From: an uncultured Gemmatimonadota bacterium
GTDB lineage: Bacteria; JAAXHH01
DNA: 64,000 nt
NCBI GenBank assembly: GCA_951812955.1
Contig: OX638340.1
Location: 3,040,001 to 3,104,000, forward strand
Direction of reading: 5' to 3'
Part shown: in pieces, positions 43,964 to 54,393 of the stretch
Layout of the letters: each line of letters starts with the position of its first letter
How positions within the stretch are numbered: position 1 is the first letter of the stretch
Translations under genes and position numbers: made by a program
Notes under the pieces: generated by a model
Told to the model about the DNA's origin: nothing
Seen by the model: only the letters and a program-made list of their open reading frames with translations
Databases searched by the model: none

Positions 43964-45643
43964 TTGTCCGGAGCATTTACCGGCAGCGCGCGGCCTCGGA
44001 TATCACCGGTCGAGGCGATCACGACAGGCAGGCGGCACGTGGCGAAAACTGGACAGGAGAAAGCCGGCGGCATCGTCCTGATCGGTTTCATGGGCACCGG
44101 AAAGACGGCGGTGGGGCGGCGGCTCGCAGGCGCCCTCGGCCTGCCCTTCGTGGACACCGACACGCTGATAGAGGAGCAGGCCGCGACCAGTATTCCGGAT
44201 CTCTTCAGGACGCGGGGCGAGACGGGTTTCCGGGCAATCGAGAAGCAGGTCATTCGCAGCCTTGCCGACGGGGAGCGCCGGGTGATCGCCACCGGAGGCG
44301 GCGCCGTGCTCGATCCGGACAACTTCGACGTGCTCAGGTCCCTCGGTCCGGTTATTCACCTGAGCGCGCCGGCGCCGACTATCCTGGCGCGAACGAAAGG
44401 CGACGCCGGCGTGCGGCCCCTGCTGGCCGGGGACGACCCGCTGGAGCGGATCCGGTCGCTTCAACGGGTGCGTGCGCCGGTCTACGGCCGAGCGGACCAC
44501 GAAGTCGACACGTCACGGCATACCATAGACGAGACCGTGGAGATGGTCATGGCATGGACCGGAAACGGCGAGCGCGTGATCCGGGTAGAACTCGGGGACG
44601 ACAGCTACGATATCGTGATCGGATCCGGCTGTCTCGGACGCCTGGGCTCCTTGATGAGTTCCTTCGACCTGACCGATCGCGCACTGGTCGTAACCCACCC
44701 GGATATCGCCACGCTCTACGGGGAACGGGCTGCGGACTCCCTGCGTTCGGCCGGCTTCGAACCGGCCGTGATCGAGGTGCCGGCCGGAGAAGAACAGAAA
44801 TCGCTGCAATGGGCCGAGAAGCTATACGACGCGATGCTGTCCCATCGCATGGACCGCCGTTCCCCCGTCATCGCGCTGGGCGGCGGGGTGGCCGGGGACC
44901 TGGCCGGCTTCGCCGCGGCCACCTTCCTGCGCGGCATTCCATTCATACAGGCTCCTACTTCTCTCCTCGCCCAGGTGGACGCCAGCGTGGGGGGCAAGGT
45001 CGCCGTGGACCACCGTCGTGGGAAGAACCTGATCGGCGCCTTCTACCAGCCTCTGCTCGTACTGGCCAGCCTGGACACGCTAGACAGTCTGCCCGATCGG
45101 GAACTGCGCGCGGGCATGGCGGAAGTGATCAAGTATGGGGTCATTGCAGACGCCGGCCTTTTCACCTATATTGAGGGTCGCCTTGACGAGATACTCAGGC
45201 GCGAATACGGTGCGCTCGCCCATCTGGTGGCCCGGTCCTGCGAGATCAAGGCCGATGTCGTTGCCGGGGACGAGCGTGAGCAGGGTCGGCGGGCCATACT
45301 CAACTTCGGCCACACCATGGGGCATGCCATCGAGACGCAGACCGGCATGCTGCACGGAGAGGCCGTGGCGATCGGCATGGTCTACGCGGCCCGTGTCGCG
45401 AAACGCCTGGGCATGCTGGACGGCGACAGCGTGCAAAGGCTGATCGAGTTGGTGCGTCGAACGGGGTTGCCGGTGCGCTGCGACGGCCTTGACGCTTCGG
45501 CGACCCTCGAAACCATGAAGTTGGACAAGAAATCGGTCGGTGGCCGCATGCGTTTCATCCTGCCGGAGCGAATTGGCGCGGTGGTCATCCGGGACGACGT
45601 CCCCAATGATTATATCCGGTCGGTCTTGACCGCGGGAACCTGA
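43964..45643 (+). CDS. aroKB: bifunctional shikimate kinase / 3-dehydroquinate synthase (AroK-AroB fusion)
   Basis: 559 aa. N-terminal P-loop [19 protein letters not shown] (shikimate kinase); C-terminal DHQ-synthase motifs ([53 protein letters not shown]). Confidence 0.9.
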   Translation: MSGAFTGSARPRISPVEAITTGRRHVAKTGQEKAGGIVLIGFMGTGKTAVGRRLAGALGLPFVDTDTLIEEQAATSIPDLFRTRGETGFRAIEKQVIRSLADGERRVIATGGGAVLDPDNFDVLRSLGPVIHLSAPAPTILARTKGDAGVRPLLAGDDPLERIRSLQRVRAPVYGRADHEVDTSRHTIDETVEMVMAWTGNGERVIRVELGDDSYDIVIGSGCLGRLGSLMSSFDLTDRALVVTHPDIATLYGERAADSLRSAGFEPAVIEVPAGEEQKSLQWAEKLYDAMLSHRMDRRSPVIALGGGVAGDLAGFAAATFLRGIPFIQAPTSLLAQVDASVGGKVAVDHRRGKNLIGAFYQPLLVLASLDTLDSLPDRELRAGMAEVIKYGVIADAGLFTYIEGRLDEILRREYGALAHLVARSCEIKADVVAGDEREQGRRAILNFGHTMGHAIETQTGMLHGEAVAIGMVYAARVAKRLGMLDGDSVQRLIELVRRTGLPVRCDGLDASATLETMKLDKKSVGGRMRFILPERIGAVVIRDDVPNDYIRSVLTAGT

Positions 45644-45676
45644 GTAGCGGCGCTACCAGGCAAAACGGAACGAAAC

Positions 45677-46123
45677 ATGAAATTACTCGTGTTGCACGGT
45701 CCGAATCTGAATATGCTGGGTGTCCGGGAACCGGAGGTCTACGGCAGAGATACGCTGGAAGACATCAACCGGTCCCTCGAGTCGGCCGCGGCGGACCAGG
45801 GAGTCGAGTTGCGCATTCGCCAGTCCAATCACGAAGGGGTGCTAGTGGACGAGATTCAGGAGGCCCTCGGGCGGGCGGAAGGCATCCTGATCAATCCCGG
45901 CGCGTACACGCATACGAGCATCGCCCTGCGCGACGCGATCGTCGCCGTGGGCCTGCCCGTCGTGGAGGTGCACCTGTCCGACATTCACGCCCGGGAGCAT
46001 TTCCGGCGCCATTCCTATATCGAGCCTGTGGCGCTCACGCAGATCTGCGGACATGGAAGCAGAAGTTACCTGCTGGGCCTGGAGGCCCTGGTCGATCATA
46101 TCAGGACGGGGAGCGAGGGATGA
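45677..46123 (+). CDS. aroQ: 3-dehydroquinate dehydratase, type II
   Basis: 148 aa; [23 protein letters not shown]. Confidence 0.9.
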   Translation: MKLLVLHGPNLNMLGVREPEVYGRDTLEDINRSLESAAADQGVELRIRQSNHEGVLVDEIQEALGRAEGILINPGAYTHTSIALRDAIVAVGLPVVEVHLSDIHAREHFRRHSYIEPVALTQICGHGSRSYLLGLEALVDHIRTGSEG

Positions 46124-47340
46124 CTGCCACCGCACTGCCTGACAAAAGAGGACACTTCGGGGTCTTCGGCGGCCGTTACGTCCCGGAAACGCTGATGACG
46201 GCCCTGGACGAACTCCTCGAGGTATATGAAGCGGCGACGCGGGATCCCGTCTTCGAGGATGAATTCCGCTACTTCCTGGCGGACTACGTGGGCCGGCCTT
46301 CCCCCCTTTACTTCGCGGAACGACTGACGGAGACCCTCGGCGGCGCCCGGATCTACCTCAAGCGGGAAGACCTGAACCACACGGGCGCCCACAAGATCAA
46401 TAACACCATCGGCCAGATCCTGCTGACCCGGCGCATGAATAAACCCCGGGTCATCGCCGAGACCGGAGCCGGCCAGCACGGCGTGGCCACGGCGACCGTG
46501 GCCGCCCGTTTCGGCCTGGAGTGCGACGTCTACATGGGGACCGAGGACATGGAACGCCAGGCGCTTAACGTCTTCCGCATGCGCCTGATGGGGAGCCGGG
46601 TCATCGGCGTCGACGCGGGCAGCCGCACGCTGAAGGACGCGCTGAACGAAGCCCTGCGCGACTGGGCGACCAACGTGCGGCATACCCATTACATCATCGG
46701 ATCGGTGGCGGGGCCCCATCCCTTCCCCTTGATGGTACGGGAATTCCAGTCGGTCATCGGCCGCGAAGCGCGCGGGCAGATCCTGGAGAAGGAAGGGCGG
46801 CTGCCGGATATGCTTGTCGCCTGCGTGGGGGGAGGCAGCAACGCCATCGGCCTCTTTCATCCTTTTCTAGACGACGAAGTGCAACTGGTCGGCGTGGAAG
46901 GGGCGGGGCACGGGCTCGACACCGGCCTGCACGCCGCGACGCTGGGCCAGGGCACGCCGGGCGTACTGCACGGCGCCATGAGCTATACGGGACAGGACGC
47001 AAATGGCCAGATCCAGGTCGCCCATTCCATCTCCGCCGGGCTGGACTATCCCGGTGTGGGACCCGAGCACAGCTACCTGAAGGACTCCGGCCGCGCGGAT
47101 TACGTCAGTGTGACCGATGACGAGGCGCTGGAGGCCTTCGAGCTGCTGTCCAGGGTCGAAGGCATCATACCCGCCCTGGAAAGCGCCCACGCCATCGGCC
47201 ATATCGCCCGGATCGCCCCGGGAATGGACCGGGATCAGATCATTGTCGCCGGGCTGTCGGGCCGCGGGGACAAGGATGTCGAGCAGGTATACGGATTCAT
47301 GGACCAGGAGCGGGTGGACCAGGAGCGGATGGAGGGCTGA
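46120..47340 (+). CDS. trpB: tryptophan synthase beta chain
   Basis: 406 aa; [18 protein letters not shown]-lysine motif. Confidence 0.95.
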   Translation: MTATALPDKRGHFGVFGGRYVPETLMTALDELLEVYEAATRDPVFEDEFRYFLADYVGRPSPLYFAERLTETLGGARIYLKREDLNHTGAHKINNTIGQILLTRRMNKPRVIAETGAGQHGVATATVAARFGLECDVYMGTEDMERQALNVFRMRLMGSRVIGVDAGSRTLKDALNEALRDWATNVRHTHYIIGSVAGPHPFPLMVREFQSVIGREARGQILEKEGRLPDMLVACVGGGSNAIGLFHPFLDDEVQLVGVEGAGHGLDTGLHAATLGQGTPGVLHGAMSYTGQDANGQIQVAHSISAGLDYPGVGPEHSYLKDSGRADYVSVTDDEALEAFELLSRVEGIIPALESAHAIGHIARIAPGMDRDQIIVAGLSGRGDKDVEQVYGFMDQERVDQERMEG

Positions 47341-48162
47341 ATGAACCGCATTGAAGAGACCTTCGCGACGCTTAAGTCTGCGGAACGGAAAGCGCTCGTC
47401 CCGTACATCATGGCGGGAGATCCGGACCTGGAAACGACCGCCGACCTGGTCGTGGAACTGGATCGCCGCGGCGCCGACCTGGTCGAACTGGGCGTTCCCT
47501 TCTCCGATCCCATCGCGGACGGCCCGACGATACAGCGCGCCGCGCTGCGGGCCCTGGATCAGGGCACGACCCTCCGGAACATCGTCGGTACGGTCGGATC
47601 CATCCGGGAGCGGTCGGACATACCAATCGTCCTGATGACCTATTACAACCCGGTACTCGCCTACGGTATCGAGGATCTTTGCCGAGATGCCGTCCGCACA
47701 GGTGTGGACGGTCTGATCGTACCCGACCTCCCGCCGGAAGAGGGCGGCGACCTGTCCGATGCCTGCCGGCGACATGGACTCACCGTCGTGTTCCTGGTGG
47801 CGCCCACGAGCACAAAGGCCCGGATCGAACTGGTGGGCCGCCACACCACGGGATTCGTATACTGCGTCTCCCTGACCGGCGTCACGGGCGCCCGGGGAAA
47901 GCTGGCGGACGGGGTGGACGAGTTTATGGCGCTGGTGCGGTCCCACACGGACCGGCCCCTTGGCCTGGGATTCGGCATTTCGTCGCCGGAACAGGCCAAT
48001 GAGGCCGCCCGGCTGGCCGACGGGGTCATCGTGGGCAGTGCCATAATCAACGTAATGGAAGAACACGCCGGCGAGCCGGATTTGATCCGGACCGTGGGCG
48101 AATACGTGGCTTCACTGAGAGCGGGCATAGACAGGAAGAACCCGGTGACCGCGCCGGGGTGA
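47341..48162 (+). CDS. trpA: tryptophan synthase alpha chain
   Basis: 273 aa; starts 1 nt after the trpB stop. Confidence 0.95.
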   Translation: MNRIEETFATLKSAERKALVPYIMAGDPDLETTADLVVELDRRGADLVELGVPFSDPIADGPTIQRAALRALDQGTTLRNIVGTVGSIRERSDIPIVLMTYYNPVLAYGIEDLCRDAVRTGVDGLIVPDLPPEEGGDLSDACRRHGLTVVFLVAPTSTKARIELVGRHTTGFVYCVSLTGVTGARGKLADGVDEFMALVRSHTDRPLGLGFGISSPEQANEAARLADGVIVGSAIINVMEEHAGEPDLIRTVGEYVASLRAGIDRKNPVTAPG

Positions 48163-48234
48163 TTTCGGGTAACGGGTTCGATGCCGGGGTAGCTTCTGGT
48201 GCCGGGTACGATGCCGTTTGCACAGGAATTGAAC

Positions 48235-48342
48235 ATGACAGCAGTTTCATCCAGCCAGGGAGATGCATGTGGGAGTCGAGGAGCCCGGTCGGGTCTCTGC
48301 GGCTCCCACGTATTCCAACCAACTTTTCAGGTATGTTTCTGA
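48235..48342 (+). CDS. candidate 35-codon small ORF MTAVSSSQGDACGSRGARSGLCGSHVFQPTFQVCF; its first 15 nt are nearly identical to the start of the trp leader ORF
   Basis: Manual translation. The 213-nt trpA-aroH spacer also holds a TGaTAGAAT extended -10-like element overlapping the ORF stop and a strong AGGAGG before aroH. Coding status unproven. Confidence 0.2.
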   Translation: MTAVSSSQGDACGSRGARSGLCGSHVFQPTFQVCF

Positions 48343-48375
48343 TAGAATCCAGCATTCCGCATTCCAGGAGGAACC

Positions 48376-48741
48376 ATGGTCCGGGGCGTTCGAGGCGCCA
48401 TAACCGTTGAACTGAACACCGCCGATGCCATTGGAGAAGCGTCCCGGCGACTGCTGTCGGCGATCGTCGACGCCAATCGCATCGAATTGGAGCAGATCGC
48501 CAGCGTCATCTTTTCCGCGACGAAGGATCTCGACGCCGAGACGCCCGCATTGGGAGCGCGCCAGATGGGATGGACGTCGATCCCCCTGTTCTGCACCCAG
48601 GAGATGGAAGTCCCAGACGGACTTGCCCGGTGCATCCGGGTTCTGATTCACGTAAACACGGTAAAACCACAGGATGAAATACGGCATGTTTACCTGAACG
48701 GAGCCGTAGTACTCAGGCCGGACATCGCCGAAGGAGGTTGA
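48376..48741 (+). CDS. aroH: monofunctional chorismate mutase, AroH class
   Basis: 121 aa; [13 protein letters not shown]-terminus, characteristic of B. subtilis-type AroH. Confidence 0.8.
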   Translation: MVRGVRGAITVELNTADAIGEASRRLLSAIVDANRIELEQIASVIFSATKDLDAETPALGARQMGWTSIPLFCTQEMEVPDGLARCIRVLIHVNTVKPQDEIRHVYLNGAVVLRPDIAEGG

Positions 48742-48742
48742 A

Positions 48743-49759
48743 ATGGTGGTCGTAATGAAGCCGCAGGCTTCGGAAGACCAGAAGGAGCATGTAAGGGATA
48801 CCATCCGTGCTTTCGGCTGCAAACCGCGTGACATTCAGGGTGACGCAATTACAATTATCTGTCTTATCGGCAATACACTGAGCCTTTCGCCCGAACAGTT
48901 TGAAATCCTTGACGGGGTGGACCGGGTTCAGCGCATTCAGCGGCCATACAAGCTCGTAAGCCGGGAAGTGCAGCCGCACAAGACCCAATTTCAGGTAGGC
49001 AACGTCACGATCGGCGGCGATGGGATTACCATCATAGCCGGTCCCTGTTCGGTCGAATCCTATGACCAGTTCGTGGAAGCGGCGCGGCACGCCCGGGCGG
49101 CCGGGGCCCACATCATCCGCGGCGGCGCGTTCAAGCCGCGGACTTCCCCCTACAGTTTCCAGGGGCTCGGCGAGGAAGGCCTGAAGATCATGGCCCGGGT
49201 CAGCGAGGAAACGGGACTGCCGACCATCTCGGAGGTGATGGAGCCGGAAATGGAACCGATGGTCTCCGAGTACGTGGACATGCTGCAGGTCGGCGCGCGC
49301 AATATGCAGAACTACCCGCTGTTGAACGCCGTGGGACAGAGTTCCAGGCCCGTCATGCTCAAGCGCGGCATGTCCGCCACGATCGAGGAGATGCTGCTGG
49401 CGGCAGAATACATCCTTGCGGGGGGAAACCACAACGTCGTTCTGTGCGAGCGGGGTATACGGACCTTCGAGACCTGGACGCGGAATACACTCGACATCTC
49501 GGCCGTGCCGGTGTTACAGAAATACACCCATCTGCCGGTCTTCATCGATCCGAGCCACGGAACCGGCAACGCGGATTTCGTGGGTCCGGCGTCCCGGGCG
49601 GCCGTTGCGGTCGGCGCGGACGGACTCATGATCGAGATGCATCCCAGACCCGAGCGCGCACTTTCGGACGGGGACCAGTCTCTGACTCCGGAAGCGTTTG
49701 CCTCGCTGATTCCGGAATTGCAGGCGGTCGCGACAGCCGTGAACCGCACCATAGACTGA
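48743..49759 (+). CDS. aroG: 3-deoxy-7-phosphoheptulonate (DAHP) synthase, type I-beta with N-terminal regulatory (ACT/FL-like) domain
   Basis: 338 aa; catalytic core GPCSVES...[13 protein letters not shown]...IDPSH preceded by an about 90-aa N-terminal domain. Confidence 0.9.
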   Translation: MVVVMKPQASEDQKEHVRDTIRAFGCKPRDIQGDAITIICLIGNTLSLSPEQFEILDGVDRVQRIQRPYKLVSREVQPHKTQFQVGNVTIGGDGITIIAGPCSVESYDQFVEAARHARAAGAHIIRGGAFKPRTSPYSFQGLGEEGLKIMARVSEETGLPTISEVMEPEMEPMVSEYVDMLQVGARNMQNYPLLNAVGQSSRPVMLKRGMSATIEEMLLAAEYILAGGNHNVVLCERGIRTFETWTRNTLDISAVPVLQKYTHLPVFIDPSHGTGNADFVGPASRAAVAVGADGLMIEMHPRPERALSDGDQSLTPEAFASLIPELQAVATAVNRTID

Positions 49760-49767
49760 GTTCGTTT

Positions 49768-50631
49768 ATGCGAGTCACCATCATCGGAGTCGGATTGCTG
49801 GGCGGTTCCTTCGGCATGGCGCTCCGCAAGTCGGGGGCGGCGGATCATGTCGCGGGCGTCGACCTGGACCGGGCAACGCTCGACCGGGCCATCGATCGCG
49901 GCGCGGTCGACGAGGGATTCCTCGACCTGGCCGAGGGGGTGGAAAGGGCCGACCTGGTCGTGCTCGCCACGCCGGTCCGGGCCATACTCGAGATGCTGCC
50001 GGGCCTGGCGTCGATTCTCGGTGCGGAGACCGTCCTCCTGGACCTGGGCAGCACCAAGGAGGCCATCGTTTCCACCGTCGCCAGTCAGGCCGGAATCAAA
50101 CGGTATGTCGGCGGACACCCCATGGCGGGAACCGAGCACGCCGGCATCGAACACGCCGATGCCCGGTTGCTGCAAGACGCGACTTTCGCCCTGGTCCCGC
50201 CTCCCGAGGTCGATGAAGGGGCTGTCGATCTGCTCACGGATCTCGTCCGCGGGATCGGCGCCTGTCCCGTCGTCATTCCCGCGGAACGCCACGACCGGAT
50301 CGTTTCCATAACCAGCCACCTCCCCTACCTGCTGTCCGTAGTGTTGGCGCTCGCCGCGGAAAACATGGCGCGCGAGGAAGACCGCCTGGGAGCGTTTGCG
50401 GCATCGGGATTTCGGGACACCACCCGTCTGGCCGCGTCCAACGTGCGCGTGATGGCCGACATTTGTCTGACGAACGGCCGGCCACTGCTCCGCGGCATCG
50501 AGGACGCCAGGCGGTTGCTGGACGACCTGGCGGCGCTGATCGAGGAGGGACGCGAGTCGGAACTGGTGAGGACGCTGACGACAGCGAAGGAAAGCAGGGC
50601 CTCGTTGTTGGAGGAGAGGAGAACCGATTGA
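49768..50631 (+). CDS. tyrA: prephenate/arogenate dehydrogenase
   Basis: MRVTIIGVGLLGGSFGMALRKSG Rossmann start at internal Met109 of ORF 49444..50631; 288 aa. Confidence 0.85.
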   Translation: MRVTIIGVGLLGGSFGMALRKSGAADHVAGVDLDRATLDRAIDRGAVDEGFLDLAEGVERADLVVLATPVRAILEMLPGLASILGAETVLLDLGSTKEAIVSTVASQAGIKRYVGGHPMAGTEHAGIEHADARLLQDATFALVPPPEVDEGAVDLLTDLVRGIGACPVVIPAERHDRIVSITSHLPYLLSVVLALAAENMAREEDRLGAFAASGFRDTTRLAASNVRVMADICLTNGRPLLRGIEDARRLLDDLAALIEEGRESELVRTLTTAKESRASLLEERRTD

Positions 50632-51470
50632 ACAAGTACAGGACCGGCTTCCAGGGCGAACTGGGCGCTTTCAGCGAAATGGCCGTGCAGGCATATTTCG
50701 GGGACGCGGCCGAACCGGTGCCACACGGGTGGTTCGACGACGTGTTCCGCGCCGTGGACGAAGGGCGGTGCGACTACGGGATGCTTCCGATCGAAAACAC
50801 CCTCGCGGGCAGCATCCACGTCAATTACGACCTGATGCAGGAGCACGACCAGCAAATCGTCGGCGAGATCGTGCTCCGGATCGTCCACAACCTGATGGCG
50901 AAACCGGGTGTCCGCCCGGAGGAACTCCGCCGGGTCCAGTCTCATCCCAAGGCGCTGGAACAGTGCGTCCGGTTTTTCCGGGAACATCCGTCGCTGAAGC
51001 CCGAAACTGTTTACGACACGGGCGGCGCGGCCAAGATGCTAGGTGAGGGAGAAGACCGGGACATCGGCGTGATCGCGAGTACCCGCGCCGCGGAGCGGTA
51101 CGGACTCGAGATCCTGGAGCACGGCATCGAAGACAACGTCCAGAACTATACGCGTTTCCTGGTCCTGGGCAGGGAGCCCGAACCACCTGTGGGCGAACGC
51201 CTTAAGACCTCCATCGTGTTCTCGATGCCCCACGAACCCGGCACGTTGTTCAAGGCCATGAGCGTATTCGCGCTGCGGGACATCTCCATCAACAAGATCG
51301 AATCGCGGCCCCTGGTCGGATCCCCCTGGGAGTACCTGTTCTACCTGGATTTCGAGGGACACGCCGACAGTCTGCTCTGCAAACGTGCGCTCAACCACCT
51401 CCAGGAGATCGCGACCAACTTCAAGCTGCTGGGATCCTACGCCGAGGGCAGCATCGTGGACCGGGTCTGA
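50628..51470 (+). CDS. pheA: prephenate dehydratase with C-terminal ACT domain
   Basis: PDT core (YRTGFQGELGAFSEMAVQAYFG) plus ACT (SIVFSMPHEPGTLFKAMSVFA). There is no in-frame ATG near the N-terminus; a TTG at 50628 overlaps the tyrA stop (TTGA) with GGAGGAGAGGAG upstream. Confidence 0.8.
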   Translation: MNKYRTGFQGELGAFSEMAVQAYFGDAAEPVPHGWFDDVFRAVDEGRCDYGMLPIENTLAGSIHVNYDLMQEHDQQIVGEIVLRIVHNLMAKPGVRPEELRRVQSHPKALEQCVRFFREHPSLKPETVYDTGGAAKMLGEGEDRDIGVIASTRAAERYGLEILEHGIEDNVQNYTRFLVLGREPEPPVGERLKTSIVFSMPHEPGTLFKAMSVFALRDISINKIESRPLVGSPWEYLFYLDFEGHADSLLCKRALNHLQEIATNFKLLGSYAEGSIVDRV

Positions 51471-51480
51471 AGGGAACGGA

Positions 51481-53256
51481 TCATCCACGGTCCGAAGCCC
51501 CCGGCTGATCGGCCTGCCTGAGTTCAAGCCTGGGTTCGACGAAAAGCGTTTTTTCGCGGGTAAACACAACCTGCCCGGGCGCGCCGTTTTTCATTTTCCT
51601 GACGTAACGGCGTTCCGTGTAGTCCACCGGCACGGTGGTGGACCCCCGGCCCTTGCTGAAGTAGGCCGTCAGGCAGGCCGCTTCGTACAGGGTCCTTTTA
51701 CTCGGCATCTGGGTCTTGTCCACCCTCCGCAGAATCACGTGGGAACCGCCGAGGTCCCGCGCATGGAGCCAGATGTCGTCCGGCGCCGCCGATTTTGTGA
51801 GCGCTTCGTTTTCCCGGCTGTTGCGGCCCACCAGCAGCAGGTGTCCGTTCGATGTCATGTACCTTCTCGGGTGTATGTCGCGTCCGGCCTGTTTGCGTGA
51901 ACGTTTCGTTGCGCCGGCCTTACGGGGCGCCTTGACGAGATCCAGTCTGATGCAGGCCCTGTGGGCATCCTCCAGCTTTTTTGCGTCCGCACCGCTATCC
52001 AGCTCCGCACGGATGCCCTCGACTACTTCCAGTCGTCTTCGAGCCTGGCCCAGGCGATGCGCCACCGCCTTCCGTCCGTCTCTGGCTTTCCGGGCCATGC
52101 GGAAATACCACCGGGCGTTTTCCGCCGGCGACAGCCCGGGCTTCAACGGTATGACAATTTCCTCCCGTTCATCGCTGAAATAGTCTTCGACCCGGGCTTC
52201 CGTCGACCCCGCTTTCAACCGGGCTATGTGAGACGTGATCAAGTCGCCGTACCTGCGGTATTCCTCTTCCCGCTCCACGTGATCCTGGTCGCGGGCAAGG
52301 TTCGCCGTCAAACGCTCCAGGCGCCGGATTTCATCCCGCAGGGCGCGTTGTACCGTCAGCAACCGTTGCTTCGAGGCTTCTTCCGCTTTCCGCTCTGCGT
52401 AGAAAGTTTCTACGGCGACGCTGATGGATTCGTAGTGCTCGACCTGCGCATCCGGAAGGGAGTGGACCGGGACCGCCGACAGCAACCGGACCCGGCCGTC
52501 ATGCGACCTGCCGAGACAGGGCGTCCAGTCCCTGGCCCGGACTCGGTCGACAAGTTCATGCAGGCTCTGCCAGACCCGGTCAGCGCGGCCGCCCGGGCCC
52601 CCGTCGGCAAAGCCTGCGGCATCCGACAGGCCGGCCCGGGCCAGCACTTCCATGGCCATATCCCTGGATAGTCCCGCGAACGTGGCGGACAAGTGACGCG
52701 CCAGGTCTACCGAAGTTTTCAGGTTGTCCATATCGTCCAGTAGTCTGCGCGTCGCATCCAAAAGCGGTGTTTTTTCCATCGGCGGAGGAAATAAGTAGGT
52801 CTCACCGGGTACCAGTGGCCTGTCGGCGCCCCGGATGCGCCTGAGGGTCTCTAGAATAACCCGGTCCGGCTCGGAAAGGAACACCATGATGCCCCGGTTC
52901 CCGATGAGTTCAGCGATCAGGCGATAGCGGCGGTGTTCCGGCGATGATCGTCCCTGGATGTGCAGGTCCACCACCCGTTCAAACGGCGCCACGACGATCT
53001 TTTCCAGTGTACCGGGAACGAGATGGTCGCGCAGCGCACCGAGCAGGGCGGAAGCAGCCTCGCTCTTCCGCGTTGAATCCGAAAGATGTGCCCGTGCGAA
53101 ACCCGGTTGCACGGAAAGGGAAAGCACCCGCCTGCCCGTGCTCGTCTTCAGGACGAGGCCGATTTCCATGGGCGCGTATTGGTCGATGGCCGCAATACGC
53201 GTCCCCTCCAGGAACCTGCACTCGTCTTTTACGGCCTGCAACGCCAGGGCATCCAT
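51481..53256 (-). CDS. rqcH: ribosome quality-control factor RqcH / FbpA (NFACT family)
   Basis: NFACT-N start MDALALQAVKDECRFLEGTRIAAIDQ at Met25 of the 615-aa ORF (the frame extends to 53328); coiled-coil middle region; C-terminal NFACT-R/DUF814 (DLGGSHVILRR...TVPVDYTERRYVRK). Confidence 0.8.
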   Translation of the reverse strand: MDALALQAVKDECRFLEGTRIAAIDQYAPMEIGLVLKTSTGRRVLSLSVQPGFARAHLSDSTRKSEAASALLGALRDHLVPGTLEKIVVAPFERVVDLHIQGRSSPEHRRYRLIAELIGNRGIMVFLSEPDRVILETLRRIRGADRPLVPGETYLFPPPMEKTPLLDATRRLLDDMDNLKTSVDLARHLSATFAGLSRDMAMEVLARAGLSDAAGFADGGPGGRADRVWQSLHELVDRVRARDWTPCLGRSHDGRVRLLSAVPVHSLPDAQVEHYESISVAVETFYAERKAEEASKQRLLTVQRALRDEIRRLERLTANLARDQDHVEREEEYRRYGDLITSHIARLKAGSTEARVEDYFSDEREEIVIPLKPGLSPAENARWYFRMARKARDGRKAVAHRLGQARRRLEVVEGIRAELDSGADAKKLEDAHRACIRLDLVKAPRKAGATKRSRKQAGRDIHPRRYMTSNGHLLLVGRNSRENEALTKSAAPDDIWLHARDLGGSHVILRRVDKTQMPSKRTLYEAACLTAYFSKGRGSTTVPVDYTERRYVRKMKNGAPGQVVFTREKTLFVEPRLELRQADQPGASDRG

Positions 53257-53440
53257 GACTGGTTTATCCTGTTTCCCGTGCCGGGCAGATAGGAATTGGT
53301 AGACGTTCTTCGACGCCTGAATCATCATGTTCCAGACTTTTTCTTAATATAAAGCGGCCGGTCGCTTCAAGCGTCATGATTCTACGATTCATCGTGTCCG
53401 GAAAGGTAAGGAACACTCCCGTGCAACCGTTAATATGTTA

Positions 53441-53469
53441 TTGACAAATCGCCGTTTAGCGTGTAGTTT
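53441..53469 (+). promoter_or_regulatory. candidate promoter for yicC: TTGACA, 17-nt spacer, TAGTTT
   Basis: aTTGACAaatcgccgtttagcgtgTAGTTTc, about 45 nt upstream of the yicC ATG in the rqcH/yicC divergent region. Confidence 0.45.
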
Positions 53470-53514
53470 CATGTTTCTTGGAAACAGACCTAAATGGAGA
53501 TTCAGGGGCTTTAA

Positions 53515-54393
53515 ATGATATGCAGCATGACTGGATACGGCGCCGGAGAATCTGACCTTGCCGGCGTCCGGACCGTTGTCGAACTGCGTTCGGTTAACGG
53601 TCGATTCTGTGACATCGCGGTAAGGTTGCCCAAGTCTCTGGGTTCGCTGGAGGGCCGGGTGCGCGCATACGTGCAGGAGCACGTCATCCGGGGTAACGTC
53701 TCCGTATCCGTTCGATGCGACGACGGCGAAACGGGTGCGCAGGGGATCCGGATCGACGTGGAGGCGGGAAGAAAGTTCTGCGACGCATTGAGGAAGCTCA
53801 AGGATCAACTTGGCGTTGCAGGCGACGTCTCCCTCGAAATGGTCGCCGCGTATCCGGGCCTGATTACTCCGGAAATCGAGGAAGTCGACCCGGCCGAGCG
53901 GTGGACGGGGATCGAAGCCGCTCTGGCGAAGGCGCTCGCCGCATTCAAAGACATGAAGAGAAGCGAGGGGAAGACCCTCGAAACAGACCTGCGCAACAGA
54001 ATCGAAGCCATAATGGCCATACTGCGGTCGATCGAGTGCCGGGCGCCGGACCGGGTATCCGATTTCCGGGAACGCTTGAGCAGTCGGCTCGCGGGCCTGC
54101 TGGATGACAGCCAGATCGATCCGCAGCGGGTGGCCATGGAGATTACCCTGTTCGCGGAGCGCAGCGACGTGACCGAGGAATGTGTCCGCCTGAGTGCGCA
54201 CTGCGACGCTTTTCTGGAAGCGCTCGCGGCCGATCGGAGTCCTGGCAGGCGGCTCAACTTCCTCATCCAGGAAATGAATCGGGAGATCAACACCATCGGA
54301 TCGAAGGGCAACGATACGGAGATCAGCCATTCCGTCATCGAGGCCAAGGAAGAGCTCGAGAAGGTTCGTGAGCAGGTGCAGAACATTGAGTGA
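53515..54393 (+). CDS. yicC: YicC-family protein (DUF1732; endoribonuclease YicC)
   Basis: 292 aa; MICSMTGYG start and C-terminal DUF1732-like LNFLIQEMNREINTIGSK. Confidence 0.85.
   Translation: MICSMTGYGAGESDLAGVRTVVELRSVNGRFCDIAVRLPKSLGSLEGRVRAYVQEHVIRGNVSVSVRCDDGETGAQGIRIDVEAGRKFCDALRKLKDQLGVAGDVSLEMVAAYPGLITPEIEEVDPAERWTGIEAALAKALAAFKDMKRSEGKTLETDLRNRIEAIMAILRSIECRAPDRVSDFRERLSSRLAGLLDDSQIDPQRVAMEITLFAERSDVTEECVRLSAHCDAFLEALAADRSPGRRLNFLIQEMNREINTIGSKGNDTEISHSVIEAKEELEKVREQVQNIE

Noticed and set aside
36928-48066. Long minus-strand ORFs antisense to trpE, trpC/trpF, aroC/aroKB, trpB/trpA (421, 385, 505, 399 aa)
   Set aside because: Same GC-driven artefact; each overlaps a conserved biosynthetic gene with clear motifs on the plus strand.
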